A stretch of DNA of 64,000 bases from contig JBMORA010000049.1 in the NCBI GenBank assembly GCA_049320885.1, positions 1 through 64,000 of the forward strand, given 5' to 3'. The translations under genes were made by a program, and so were the position numbers. Shown piece after piece: positions 1 to 8,285 of the stretch. This DNA comes from Thermodesulfobacteriota bacterium. Lineage in GTDB: Bacteria; Desulfobacterota; Desulfobacteria; Desulfobacterales; SURF-7. The number at the start of each line of letters is the position of its first letter. The first letter of the stretch is position 1. The notes under the pieces were generated by a model that worked only from the letters and a program-made list of their open reading frames with translations, was not told the origin of the DNA and made no database searches.

Positions 1-573
1 GGCCTTTCGAAGCGCGGCTTCCGCTTTGTCAAGTTCACCGAGCCTGGCCAGAACCCGGGCCTGTCCGAGGTACGCTTCCTGATTGTCCGGTGAAATGGTG
101 GTAATTCTGTGATAAACGGCCGCCGATCGCTTGAGTTTGTTTTCCTGCTCCAGGATTTCGGCCTTGATTTTCAAGGCTTCCGTGTTGTTGGGCTGTTTGG
201 ACAGGATGATCCGGATACGTTCCTGGGATTGTTTCAGGTTGCCGGAGAGAAGCTCGAACTCCGCCAGTTTTAACCGGGCGTTGACATTTTCGGGATCCAC
301 TTCCAGGATTTTGTGGCAGATATCCAGCGCCGCCTTGGAGTTGCCGAGTTTCAGGTAGGTTTCCGCCAGCTTTTCGTACGCCGCCACATGGGAGGGATTG
401 AGCTGAAGCGCCTGTTTGAATTGAACCTCGGCCTGGGTGAAGGCCCCCCGGTTGAAATTCGTCACGCCCTTTTGAAAAAAGGCGGCCGCTGTTTTCTCAT
501 CGTTGGTACACCCCCCGAGCAGGTGAAGGGACAAAGGACCGACAACCAAGAGCATCCATTTCCATTGCTTCAT
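1..573 (-). CDS. TPR-repeat lipoprotein, 5' part only (runs off the window start)
   Basis: Not in the ORF track because there is no stop in the window. My translation from ATG 573 is MKQWKWMLLVVGPLSLHLLGGCTNDEKTAAAFFQKG...AEVQFKQALQLNPSHVAAYEKLAETYLKLG..., giving a lipobox LGGC and consecutive TPR motifs, open to base 1. Confidence 0.85.
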   Translation of the reverse strand, partial: MKQWKWMLLVVGPLSLHLLGGCTNDEKTAAAFFQKGVTNFNRGAFTQAEVQFKQALQLNPSHVAAYEKLAETYLKLGNSKAALDICHKILEVDPENVNARLKLAEFELLSGNLKQSQERIRIILSKQPNNTEALKIKAEILEQENKLKRSAAVYHRITTISPDNQEAYLGQARVLARLGELDKAEAALRKA

Positions 574-715
574 TTGATATCTTCCATACCGAAAATACTG
601 CATTGTTCTATCTTTCCGTCCCGTCGGGCGGATACACACGGGAATTAAACAACATCATCGCCCGTATTTCAACCATTATTGCAACCCGATTTATTTCTTC
701 CATGGCGAAACCCGA

Positions 716-744
716 TTGACAAGTAACGGGTGTTTTCATATGAT
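716..744 (+). promoter_or_regulatory. sigma-70 promoter candidate
   Basis: TTGACA-17bp-TATGAT, about 50 nt upstream of ATG 794. Confidence 0.65.
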
Positions 745-793
745 CGGCCCCACTATTAATGAATGGATATTCAACAGCAAAGGAGACCTGAGT

Positions 794-1540
794 ATGACAT
801 CGAAACAGCTGGTTTTGATTCTCGGCGTTTTGTGTTTCGGGATGGCGGCGACAAATGCCTGGTCCCTGACCGGCAGGGAGATCATGGAAAAAAACGACGC
901 CTTGCCGGAAGAGAAAACCGCCGATAGCCAGGTCTTGATGTTGATTCACCAGGGACCGAAAGTCATTGAAAAAGAATTTACCCTCAAATCGAAACAGTTC
1001 GAAAAAGATGAGGACAAAACCCTGATTGAATTCACCAAACCCACCAAAATCAAACTGCTGACCCACGCCCACAAGGACCGGGACGACGATCAATGGCTGC
1101 GCCTGTCTTCCGGAAAAATCAAACGGATCGCCTCCTCGGATAAAGGCAAGTCCTTTGTGAACTCGCACTTCTACTATGAAGATCTGACCCGCCGGGACAT
1201 CGACGATTTCGACTATAACTACCTTGGCGACGAAACCGTTTCCGGTACCGATTGTTACAAGGTGGAGGCGGTGAAGAAACGGAACCGCGTATACAACAAG
1301 ACGGTTCTGTATGTGCGTAAATCCGATTTTTTCGTGATCCGGGTTGACTTCCATAAAAAGGGGGAATTTCACAAATATTTGGAATACCATGATATAAATC
1401 CGGTATCCGGCATTCTTACCTCCCATCGCATGGTGATGAACCTGGCCAATGGAAAGGCGAATACCGAGTTGAAGGTCAAATCGGTTGCATACAACATGGA
1501 ACTCAACAATTCGGTGTTCAATAAGGAAGCCCTCCGGTAG
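794..1540 (+). CDS. outer-membrane lipoprotein-sorting (LolA-like) protein
   Basis: Signal peptide; motifs DDDQWLRL...IKRIASSDKGKSFVNSHFYYEDL and SVFNKEAL typical of the LolA-like family; AGGAG RBS before ATG 794. Confidence 0.8.
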   Translation: MTSKQLVLILGVLCFGMAATNAWSLTGREIMEKNDALPEEKTADSQVLMLIHQGPKVIEKEFTLKSKQFEKDEDKTLIEFTKPTKIKLLTHAHKDRDDDQWLRLSSGKIKRIASSDKGKSFVNSHFYYEDLTRRDIDDFDYNYLGDETVSGTDCYKVEAVKKRNRVYNKTVLYVRKSDFFVIRVDFHKKGEFHKYLEYHDINPVSGILTSHRMVMNLANGKANTELKVKSVAYNMELNNSVFNKEALR

Positions 1541-1589
1541 ATCGAGGGCGGCCAGGCAGGTGCATGACAGGCAAACCCTTGCAGGGTCG

Positions 1590-4199
1590 TCAGCCCCGTG
1601 ACATCAGGATTTCCCAGTTTTCTCCCGGTTCGTTGGTCTTGACTTCCTTTACCGTCACGCCACGGACATTTTCCTTGAGGACGACGGCCGCCTGACGGCC
1701 GTGGATTCTGGTGCCGGCATAAATGACACCGCTTGCCTGCAGAATGGCCTGGGCTTTGTTTTTTTCAGCCCATTTCAGAATGGCGTTTTTTTCATTACCG
1801 ATGACTTCTATGCCGGAAATGATCTGTTCGATTTCCTCCATGGATTGGGAAATTTCCGCCTCCAGCTGTTCCTGTTCGGGGAAAAGCCCTTTCAGCTGTT
1901 CGGCTGCCTCCCTGGATGACGCCTCCAGACGCTGCAATTCCAGCAGGGTGTCTTTCAGTTCATCCACCTTCCCCTGTTGTTGCAGTTCCGCAATCCGTTT
2001 GGAAAGGTTCCGGCGGGCGATATCGGAGCGGTCCTGAATCTGGGCGAGATCGGCGATGCGTTTCTGCAGGGCCTCCATGCCGGCGGTTCTGGTTTCATAT
2101 TCCGACTGCAATTTTTGCAGTATTTCGGTTTTTTCCGCGTGGCGGAAACCATAGGCCTGAATCCGCTTGCGGACATTCTCATCCACACCGAGCTGGATCT
2201 TGCAGGGCTCGGTTACATCGGTGCCGATGTTCTTGGTCTTGATGCCGAGTTTTGCGGCCACATAAGAGGAGATGATGGCGCCTCTTTCGCCGTTGAATTC
2301 CCCGCTGGCCCTGATTTTTGAATTCCGGACTTCTTTCTGGATAGTGACGCTGCCGAAGGATTTGATGTTGGCATGGTCGATGAATTTGGCGTTGACGTCG
2401 CCCTCTGATAATATTTTCGCCCCCAGAATGCCCCCTTTTACCGTAACATTTCCCGACGCCTCGATTTCGGCGTTGAAGATTTCGGCCGCGGTGATATTGC
2501 CGCCCACCACCCGGAATCCGTCCCGGACAGCACCGTTGATATGGATATTGCCGGCGAACTGGATATTGCCGGTGCTGTAATCCACGTCGCCCTCGATATT
2601 CAATTCGTCCAGGACGGAAATCCTGCCGGCCTTGGTGAGATTCGGCTCACCATCGATGGCGGCCGTCACCCGCAGGCCGTCCTCGGAAAGTAACGCGCCT
2701 GCATCGCACAGGAGCAGGATATCCTCGGTTTCCGGCGGCGGAATGGAATTCCCCAGGATATCAATGCCGGGACGGCCGGGTTGGGCAGGTATTTTTTCAG
2801 CGATGACCGCGCCTTTGGATACGCGGGGACGCTCGCCTCTTTCCCGATAGTCAATGCCGCCATCTTCACGGATCTTGCCGGCGCGCAAATAATCGGTGGT
2901 AAAATAGTAACGGACGGCGGCGTCCAGGCCGGGTTCGGGAGGAGAACCTTTGGCCACCAGCAGGGAGGAATTTTCCCGGCTGTCCAGCTCCAGGAAATTC
3001 AGGATGACGTCGTCCGGAACGATGCCGTGGCGCACACCGTTTGCAGAAAGAAGGGATTTGACGGCCGCGAGCATTTCTTTTTGCGGCGGGGTTCCGGGGC
3101 TGATGATGATGTGGGCGGACATGCCGTCCGGCGATACGACCAGGCTGAACGGATTGGTCGTATCGCCGTCCGGTGGAGGGGCTGATTCCTGTTCCGCGGC
3201 CTTTACTTCTTTCTTTTCCGTCTCTTTTTTCTCTTCCGCTGTTTCCGGTATTTCCGTTGGTTCCGGTAGTATTTCCACCGCTTCCTGTTCTATCCAGATC
3301 AGGTCGCACTGTTCCCGGGTGATCACGGAATTGGCCACCAGGATGTCCCCCAACCGCCTGCAGGTATGTATGCGCTTATATTCTTCCGCCTGTTCGTCCA
3401 GGGCAGCCGTGACCTGTTCCTGGGAAGCATAGCCTTTTTGGATGGCGATGGCGCCGAACCGTTTCCCCATTCTCCGCTTGGTGGCCACGAGGAGATCGTC
3501 GATTCGGGCCTGAGAAACCATGCCTCGTTCCTTGAGGATGACATCCAACGGTGTTTTTTTTCCGGCTAAATGCAACCGATGTTGAATGGTAAAAGCCTCG
3601 GCCAGATGCTTTTTGGTGACAAACCGATTGGCCATGGCGATTTTGGCCAGGACCCGATCCTGCTTGGTGGTATCCTTTATGGTGAAACCCTCATTTCGAA
3701 GAAGGCGCGGCGGGGGGCTTCCACCGGCGGTCGGGATGGTTGAGGGGCCCTTGGCTGCAAACGGTTTCGCTTCCGGGGGAGCGAGGTGGTCCGGGACGCT
3801 GTCTGCGCGTCGGCTTTCATTGAAAGCCAACAGGCGCCGGCCGGCTTCTATCTGAGCAGTCAAATGGCGGGCATCCGCTGGCGCCCGGATGACCACGTCT
3901 GCCCCGGATTGGAGAGCCCGGACAAGATCGGCGACGGCGTAGGTTTCGGATATCAGGATGATATATACATACGAGGGCAGGGCGGAGTCCCGGAGGAGAC
4001 GACACAGGTCCGGGACGTCCACATCTGCGGGATCCGCCGGAGACTTCTCCGTCAGAATCACGGCAAAGGGTTTCTGGGACATCCCCGCCAGGGCATCTTT
4101 TACACCTTCGGCGGTCAGCAGTTGGCGGCCTTCGGTTTCCAATTCCCGGAGCAGGGCGGTTCTCCTTGCCGCAATTTGATCGACCAGCAGAATTTTCAT
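1590..4199 (-). CDS. pseudo-receiver + MshEN-like repeats + DUF342 (FapA-family) protein
   Basis: N-terminal REC fold (MKILLVD...GADVVIRAP); four RLG-type repeats; DUF342 hallmarks (VAKGSPPEPGLDA, GDVDYSTGNIQFAGNIHINGAVRDGFRV); C-terminal coiled coil. Confidence 0.85.
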   Translation of the reverse strand: MKILLVDQIAARRTALLRELETEGRQLLTAEGVKDALAGMSQKPFAVILTEKSPADPADVDVPDLCRLLRDSALPSYVYIILISETYAVADLVRALQSGADVVIRAPADARHLTAQIEAGRRLLAFNESRRADSVPDHLAPPEAKPFAAKGPSTIPTAGGSPPPRLLRNEGFTIKDTTKQDRVLAKIAMANRFVTKKHLAEAFTIQHRLHLAGKKTPLDVILKERGMVSQARIDDLLVATKRRMGKRFGAIAIQKGYASQEQVTAALDEQAEEYKRIHTCRRLGDILVANSVITREQCDLIWIEQEAVEILPEPTEIPETAEEKKETEKKEVKAAEQESAPPPDGDTTNPFSLVVSPDGMSAHIIISPGTPPQKEMLAAVKSLLSANGVRHGIVPDDVILNFLELDSRENSSLLVAKGSPPEPGLDAAVRYYFTTDYLRAGKIREDGGIDYRERGERPRVSKGAVIAEKIPAQPGRPGIDILGNSIPPPETEDILLLCDAGALLSEDGLRVTAAIDGEPNLTKAGRISVLDELNIEGDVDYSTGNIQFAGNIHINGAVRDGFRVVGGNITAAEIFNAEIEASGNVTVKGGILGAKILSEGDVNAKFIDHANIKSFGSVTIQKEVRNSKIRASGEFNGERGAIISSYVAAKLGIKTKNIGTDVTEPCKIQLGVDENVRKRIQAYGFRHAEKTEILQKLQSEYETRTAGMEALQKRIADLAQIQDRSDIARRNLSKRIAELQQQGKVDELKDTLLELQRLEASSREAAEQLKGLFPEQEQLEAEISQSMEEIEQIISGIEVIGNEKNAILKWAEKNKAQAILQASGVIYAGTRIHGRQAAVVLKENVRGVTVKEVKTNEPGENWEILMSRG

Positions 4200-4284
4200 C
4201 AACGGTGAACCCCGTTCCCGGAAGCCTCCGCTCCCGCCATGGGTCAAAACTGATTACAGGTTGGAAATATTGAAAAGACAGCAT

Positions 4285-4314
4285 ATTATACTGTATGTTG
4301 AGTGAAATTGTCAA
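4285..4314 (-). promoter_or_regulatory. sigma-70 promoter with consensus hexamers
   Basis: Minus strand TTGACA-18bp-TATAAT upstream of the DUF342 gene. Confidence 0.75.
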
Positions 4315-4496
4315 TCCGCGGCATGCAAATTACCGGACCGGGTGTTGTTCGCGGGTGAGGGCCCGGACAGCCGCGCGGCCCGGCTCCGGGGCACGGAGAG
4401 CACAACCGGGCGGTCCTTGCGGATATTCTCGGCAAATCGGAAACGGAAATCGAGGACATCCTCAGGAGCGGCGTCATGGGTTGAACCGTCCAGCGG

Positions 4497-5540
4497 CTAT
4501 AGCCAGCGGATCGTCCGGGGATCATAGGACAGATGGATCTTTTTCCCGGGCAGGAGACGGGCGGCGGCGGCGGTCCGGGAATCGATGCTGGCGTGCCAAT
4601 CCAGACCACCGGCGGTGAGGGTCAGGTGGAGGGCGGTGGTTCCGGGCTCCAGCGTCATGTTGCGGATGAAGGCTTGCAATGTGTACTTCCCCGCCAAATC
4701 CTCCTGGGGGAAAGACTGCACCGTGAGGGTGCGGTGGTCCAGCAGGGCGCAGGCTTCCGGATGAGGGGGGCGGACGGTGAGGAACAACTGGCCGTCATGA
4801 AGCGCTTTTTCCCACAACCCGTCCTTGCGGGAACGCCAGGGGCCGAATATCAAGTTGGTCCGGCCTTCCCCAACGATCCGGCCTTTATACAAATGGAGGA
4901 CTCGGTCGCAAACCTGCTCCAGCCATTCCCAGTCGTGACTGGCGATGACCAGGGACGCACCCCATTGTTCCCGGGCGCTGTGAACCGCATCCTTGATGCG
5001 CTGGACACTGGCGGCGTCGACGCCGGAGGTAGGTTCGTCCAGGAGTAAAACTTCCGTCCGCAGCGCCAGTCTGGCCGCCAGGGCCACCCGACGGGCCTCC
5101 CCTCCGGACAACTCATGGTGTTGCCTTTGACAAAATTCTTCCGGATCCAGACCGACAAGTCCCATGGCGTCGCGAACCGCGTCTTCCGGGTTCCGGTTGG
5201 TCTTCCGGAGGGACAGACCGTAGGCCACATTGTGAAACACCTTGCGCTTCAGAAGATAGGGTTCCTGGGGCAGCAGGGCGATGTGAAAGCGGGAGATGTC
5301 GGAAAAGGGTTTCAGGGGATGATTCTTGAAGCGGATCTGGCCTTCCGTGGGAAGGGACGCCCCGGCAAGCAGGGCCAGGAGGGTGCTCTTACCGCTGCCG
5401 TTGGGACCGATCAGGCCGACGATGGATTCGGGTTCAATCGTCAGGTGATCCAGTTCCAGGACCGGTTGATCCTGATGGCGATGCCGCAGATTCCGGATTT
5501 CGTATATCGCATCGGTCATGTCGGTTTGCCTTGCCTCCAT
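4497..5540 (-). CDS. tupC: tungstate ABC transporter ATP-binding protein
   Basis: Walker A GPNGSGKS, signature LSGGE, Walker B LLLDEP; follows tupAB. Confidence 0.85.
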   Translation of the reverse strand: MEARQTDMTDAIYEIRNLRHRHQDQPVLELDHLTIEPESIVGLIGPNGSGKSTLLALLAGASLPTEGQIRFKNHPLKPFSDISRFHIALLPQEPYLLKRKVFHNVAYGLSLRKTNRNPEDAVRDAMGLVGLDPEEFCQRQHHELSGGEARRVALAARLALRTEVLLLDEPTSGVDAASVQRIKDAVHSAREQWGASLVIASHDWEWLEQVCDRVLHLYKGRIVGEGRTNLIFGPWRSRKDGLWEKALHDGQLFLTVRPPHPEACALLDHRTLTVQSFPQEDLAGKYTLQAFIRNMTLEPGTTALHLTLTAGGLDWHASIDSRTAAAARLLPGKKIHLSYDPRTIRWL

Positions 5541-5546
5541 ATGGGA

Positions 5547-6233
5547 TTATTGCCTGCGCAAAAACCACAGGGACAGGTTGACGCCGAAGGCGATCAGGAT
5601 CAGCACCAGACCCAGGGCGATCCCCATGCTGAAAAGTCCCTTGCTGGTTTCAAGGGCGATGGCCGTCGTGATGGTGCGGGTATGCCATTTGATATTGCCG
5701 CCCACCATTAAAGAAATGCCCACCTCGGTCAATACACGGCCGTAGGCGTTGATGGCGGCGGACAAAATGCCAAAGCGGACTTCCCGGAGAATTCCGGCAA
5801 ACAGTTGGCGGCGGTCAGCGCCCAGGGAGATCAGGGCCAGGCGCAGCTGCCGGTCCGTTGCTTCGACGGCGGAGGCGCAAAGCGCGATCACGATGGGAAG
5901 CGCCAGGATCGATTGCCCGAGGGCGATTCCGGGAAGGGTGAAGAGCAGGCCCAGGCCGCCCAGGGGACCGCTGTTGGAAAGAAGCGCATAGACCATGAGT
6001 CCGATGAAGACCGTGGGCAGGGCCATCAGGGTGTCCGCGACAAAGCGGAGCTGGCGTTTCCCGCGGAAATCAAAATACCCCAGGGCAAAACCTGCGGGGA
6101 TCCCGACGGTCAGGCTGATGCACATGGAGTACGTGGTGACCTGCAGGGTGGCGATGATGGCCGAGTAAGTCTGGGGGTCGCCCCGCAGCAGTAGCAGAAA
6201 TGCGGTCTGGAGACCTGTCAGGATGAAATCCAT
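5547..6233 (-). CDS. tupB: tungstate ABC transporter permease
   Basis: Hydrophobic; EVGISLMVGGNIKWHTRTITTAIALET motif of TupB. Confidence 0.9.
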   Translation of the reverse strand: MDFILTGLQTAFLLLLRGDPQTYSAIIATLQVTTYSMCISLTVGIPAGFALGYFDFRGKRQLRFVADTLMALPTVFIGLMVYALLSNSGPLGGLGLLFTLPGIALGQSILALPIVIALCASAVEATDRQLRLALISLGADRRQLFAGILREVRFGILSAAINAYGRVLTEVGISLMVGGNIKWHTRTITTAIALETSKGLFSMGIALGLVLILIAFGVNLSLWFLRRQ

Positions 6234-6242
6234 GCTTCCGGC

Positions 6243-7082
6243 CTATTTCGCGTTGGGCGTAAACAACGGTTTCCCGAGCAGCTGAAATCCTGCGATGGCT
6301 TTCTGGCCTTCCGCTCCGGCCAGCCACGCCGATAATTTCATGACCAGATCGTATTTACTGTTGTTGCATTTTTTCGGGTTCACAGCGATGACGCTGTACT
6401 GATTTTGCAGGGTCGTGTCGCCTTCCACCAGGATTTTCAGCCGGGGATCTCCGCCTTTGACGTCCTCGTATTTGATATAGGTACCCCGATCGGTCAGGCA
6501 ATAGCCGTTTCGTTCCTCGGCGACATGGATGGTGGCCAGCATTCCCTGGCCGGTCTGAATATACCATGCTTCTTTGTCCGGTACGGTCTGCACCGATCGC
6601 CGCCATAATTCCTTTTCCATGGCATGGGTTCCGGACTCATCCCCCCGGCTGGCGAAGACGGCGCCCTTGGCGCGCATGGCGGCAAAGGCCGCGACGGCGG
6701 TTTTTCCACGGATGGCGGCGGGATCGGAAGAGGGCCCGATGAGGATGAAATCGTTGAACATGATTTCCCGCCGGTCGACACCGTACCCTTTTTCCAGATA
6801 TTCCTTTTCCGCAATGGGATCATGCACCATAAGGACATCCACATCGCAGTTCTGTCCCAGGGCCAGGGCTTTTCCGGTTCCCGTGGCCGTCCATTTGACT
6901 TCGATCCCCGAGGACTTGGTAAACAAGGGCATAAGATAATCCAGCAATCCGGTGTTGTCGGTGCTGGTGGTGGTGGCCATCAGCAGGGACGGAGGAGCGG
7001 CCGCGGCCGCTGTTGCGGTGAACAGCAGAAAAACGACCAGCAATCGGCAGATGCCGGCAATCTGTTTTGGATCAAAATTCAT
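6243..7082 (-). CDS. tupA: tungstate ABC transporter substrate-binding protein
   Basis: Signal peptide; ATTTSTDNTGLLD, GTGKAL, SRGDESGTH and TDRGTY motifs. Confidence 0.92.
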   Translation of the reverse strand: MNFDPKQIAGICRLLVVFLLFTATAAAAAPPSLLMATTTSTDNTGLLDYLMPLFTKSSGIEVKWTATGTGKALALGQNCDVDVLMVHDPIAEKEYLEKGYGVDRREIMFNDFILIGPSSDPAAIRGKTAVAAFAAMRAKGAVFASRGDESGTHAMEKELWRRSVQTVPDKEAWYIQTGQGMLATIHVAEERNGYCLTDRGTYIKYEDVKGGDPRLKILVEGDTTLQNQYSVIAVNPKKCNNSKYDLVMKLSAWLAGAEGQKAIAGFQLLGKPLFTPNAK

Positions 7083-7116
7083 GGCTGTCTCCTTTTGTCG
7101 GGGATTCCATTTATAT

Positions 7117-8052
7117 TCAAGCGTGTTGCGCCTTTAGGGCCTCCTCGGGCGGAAAGATCATGTTTCCGGCAAGGCTGAGATCATATCCCTGGAATTCGTT
7201 GGCCATTTCCCGAAAAGCGGGAGCATGGAGGAGGCTCAGGAAGGCCTGGACGGCCGGATCGAAAAACCGTTCCCGGGTCATCAGGAGATCATACCGCTCC
7301 CAGCGCAGGGGGATGAAACCGAGATCGAGGAGCGAGGCCACCGGACGGATGGCGGGGCCGGCATGGGCTCTTCCGGACACGATTTCCAGGCCCACGTCCA
7401 GGTGGCGGTTGACTTCGCGGCCGTAGCCCTCGATTTTTTCCCCGGCAATGCCCGCCTTTTTCAATTCCCGATCGAACAGGAGGCGGGTGCCGGTCTGCAG
7501 GGAGCGGTTCACGATCCGGATCCCCGGATTGCCCAGATCCCGGACGGTGTATAGGTTCCGGGGATTGTCTTTTTCCATCAACACCCCCTGTTCCCGGCGG
7601 CAGAAATTCACCACCACCGGCACGCTTCCCAGGGCTTGCCGGGCGAAATCGAAATTGTATTCGGACCCGTTTTCCTGGAGCAGATGACTGGAAGCCACAT
7701 GGCAGAGGTTGCGGCGCAGAGCTCTCAGGCCGCCCATGCTGCCGACGTTGGCGAAGGCGATCAGATGGTCCGGAAAACGGTTATGGAACAGCGAGATGGT
7801 GCGATCGAGCAGGAGGTCGTTGCTTCCGGCAAGGATCAGCAGGCTTTCGGAGGAAGGGGCGTCTTTTGCCGGCGCCGGGAAATTCAGGGTGTGATTTTCC
7901 ACCCATTGCTCGACGAGGTGCTGGGGGAAAAGCCATTTGCCGGTGACTTTGGAGGCCGGCAGCCCTTTTTCCGCCACCAGGGTGTATACCATCTTTTCAT
8001 TCACACCTAACAAACGGGCCACATCCCTGGTGGACAACATGCTCTTGATCAT
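7117..8052 (-). CDS. excisionase-type HTH + periplasmic-binding-protein-like (molybdate/tungstate-sensing) transcriptional regulator
   Basis: LSTRDVARLLGVNEKMVYTLV...LPASKVTGKWLFP (HTH_17-like); GSND, VGSMGGL, NRSLQTGTR, ERYDL of the PBP-like domain; GGAGG RBS before ATG 8052. Confidence 0.88.
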   Translation of the reverse strand: MIKSMLSTRDVARLLGVNEKMVYTLVAEKGLPASKVTGKWLFPQHLVEQWVENHTLNFPAPAKDAPSSESLLILAGSNDLLLDRTISLFHNRFPDHLIAFANVGSMGGLRALRRNLCHVASSHLLQENGSEYNFDFARQALGSVPVVVNFCRREQGVLMEKDNPRNLYTVRDLGNPGIRIVNRSLQTGTRLLFDRELKKAGIAGEKIEGYGREVNRHLDVGLEIVSGRAHAGPAIRPVASLLDLGFIPLRWERYDLLMTRERFFDPAVQAFLSLLHAPAFREMANEFQGYDLSLAGNMIFPPEEALKAQHA

Positions 8053-8124
8053 GTTTTCGATCCTCCAACACATTTTGTCATGATAAGTTCCGAATTTCCA
8101 AATCCGGAGCCGGCGTAATGAAAA

Positions 8125-8154
8125 AAATGACAATAAAGAACCATAAATTACCGT
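8125..8154. promoter_or_regulatory. triple 10-bp direct repeat, candidate operator
   Basis: AAATGACAAT-AAAGAACCAT-AAATTACCGT upstream of the regulator gene; a similar array lies at 11481-11510. Confidence 0.55.
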
Positions 8155-8236
8155 ACAAGTCAACAGTCGTGTGTTCTGATTGGAATGGATGCGGACATCG
8201 CTCCGGTGGCTGATGCAGGCGGGTTGCGGCCGGGGG

Positions 8237-8271
8237 TTCCCCCCTTGCATGGCGGGCATGCAAGGGGGGAA
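8237..8271 (-). terminator. 15-bp stem-loop downstream of the diheme protein gene
   Basis: TTCCCCCCTTGCATG-gcggg-CATGCAAGGGGGGAA; no clear U-tract. Confidence 0.55.
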
Positions 8272-8285
8272 CACACCGGAAGGGA

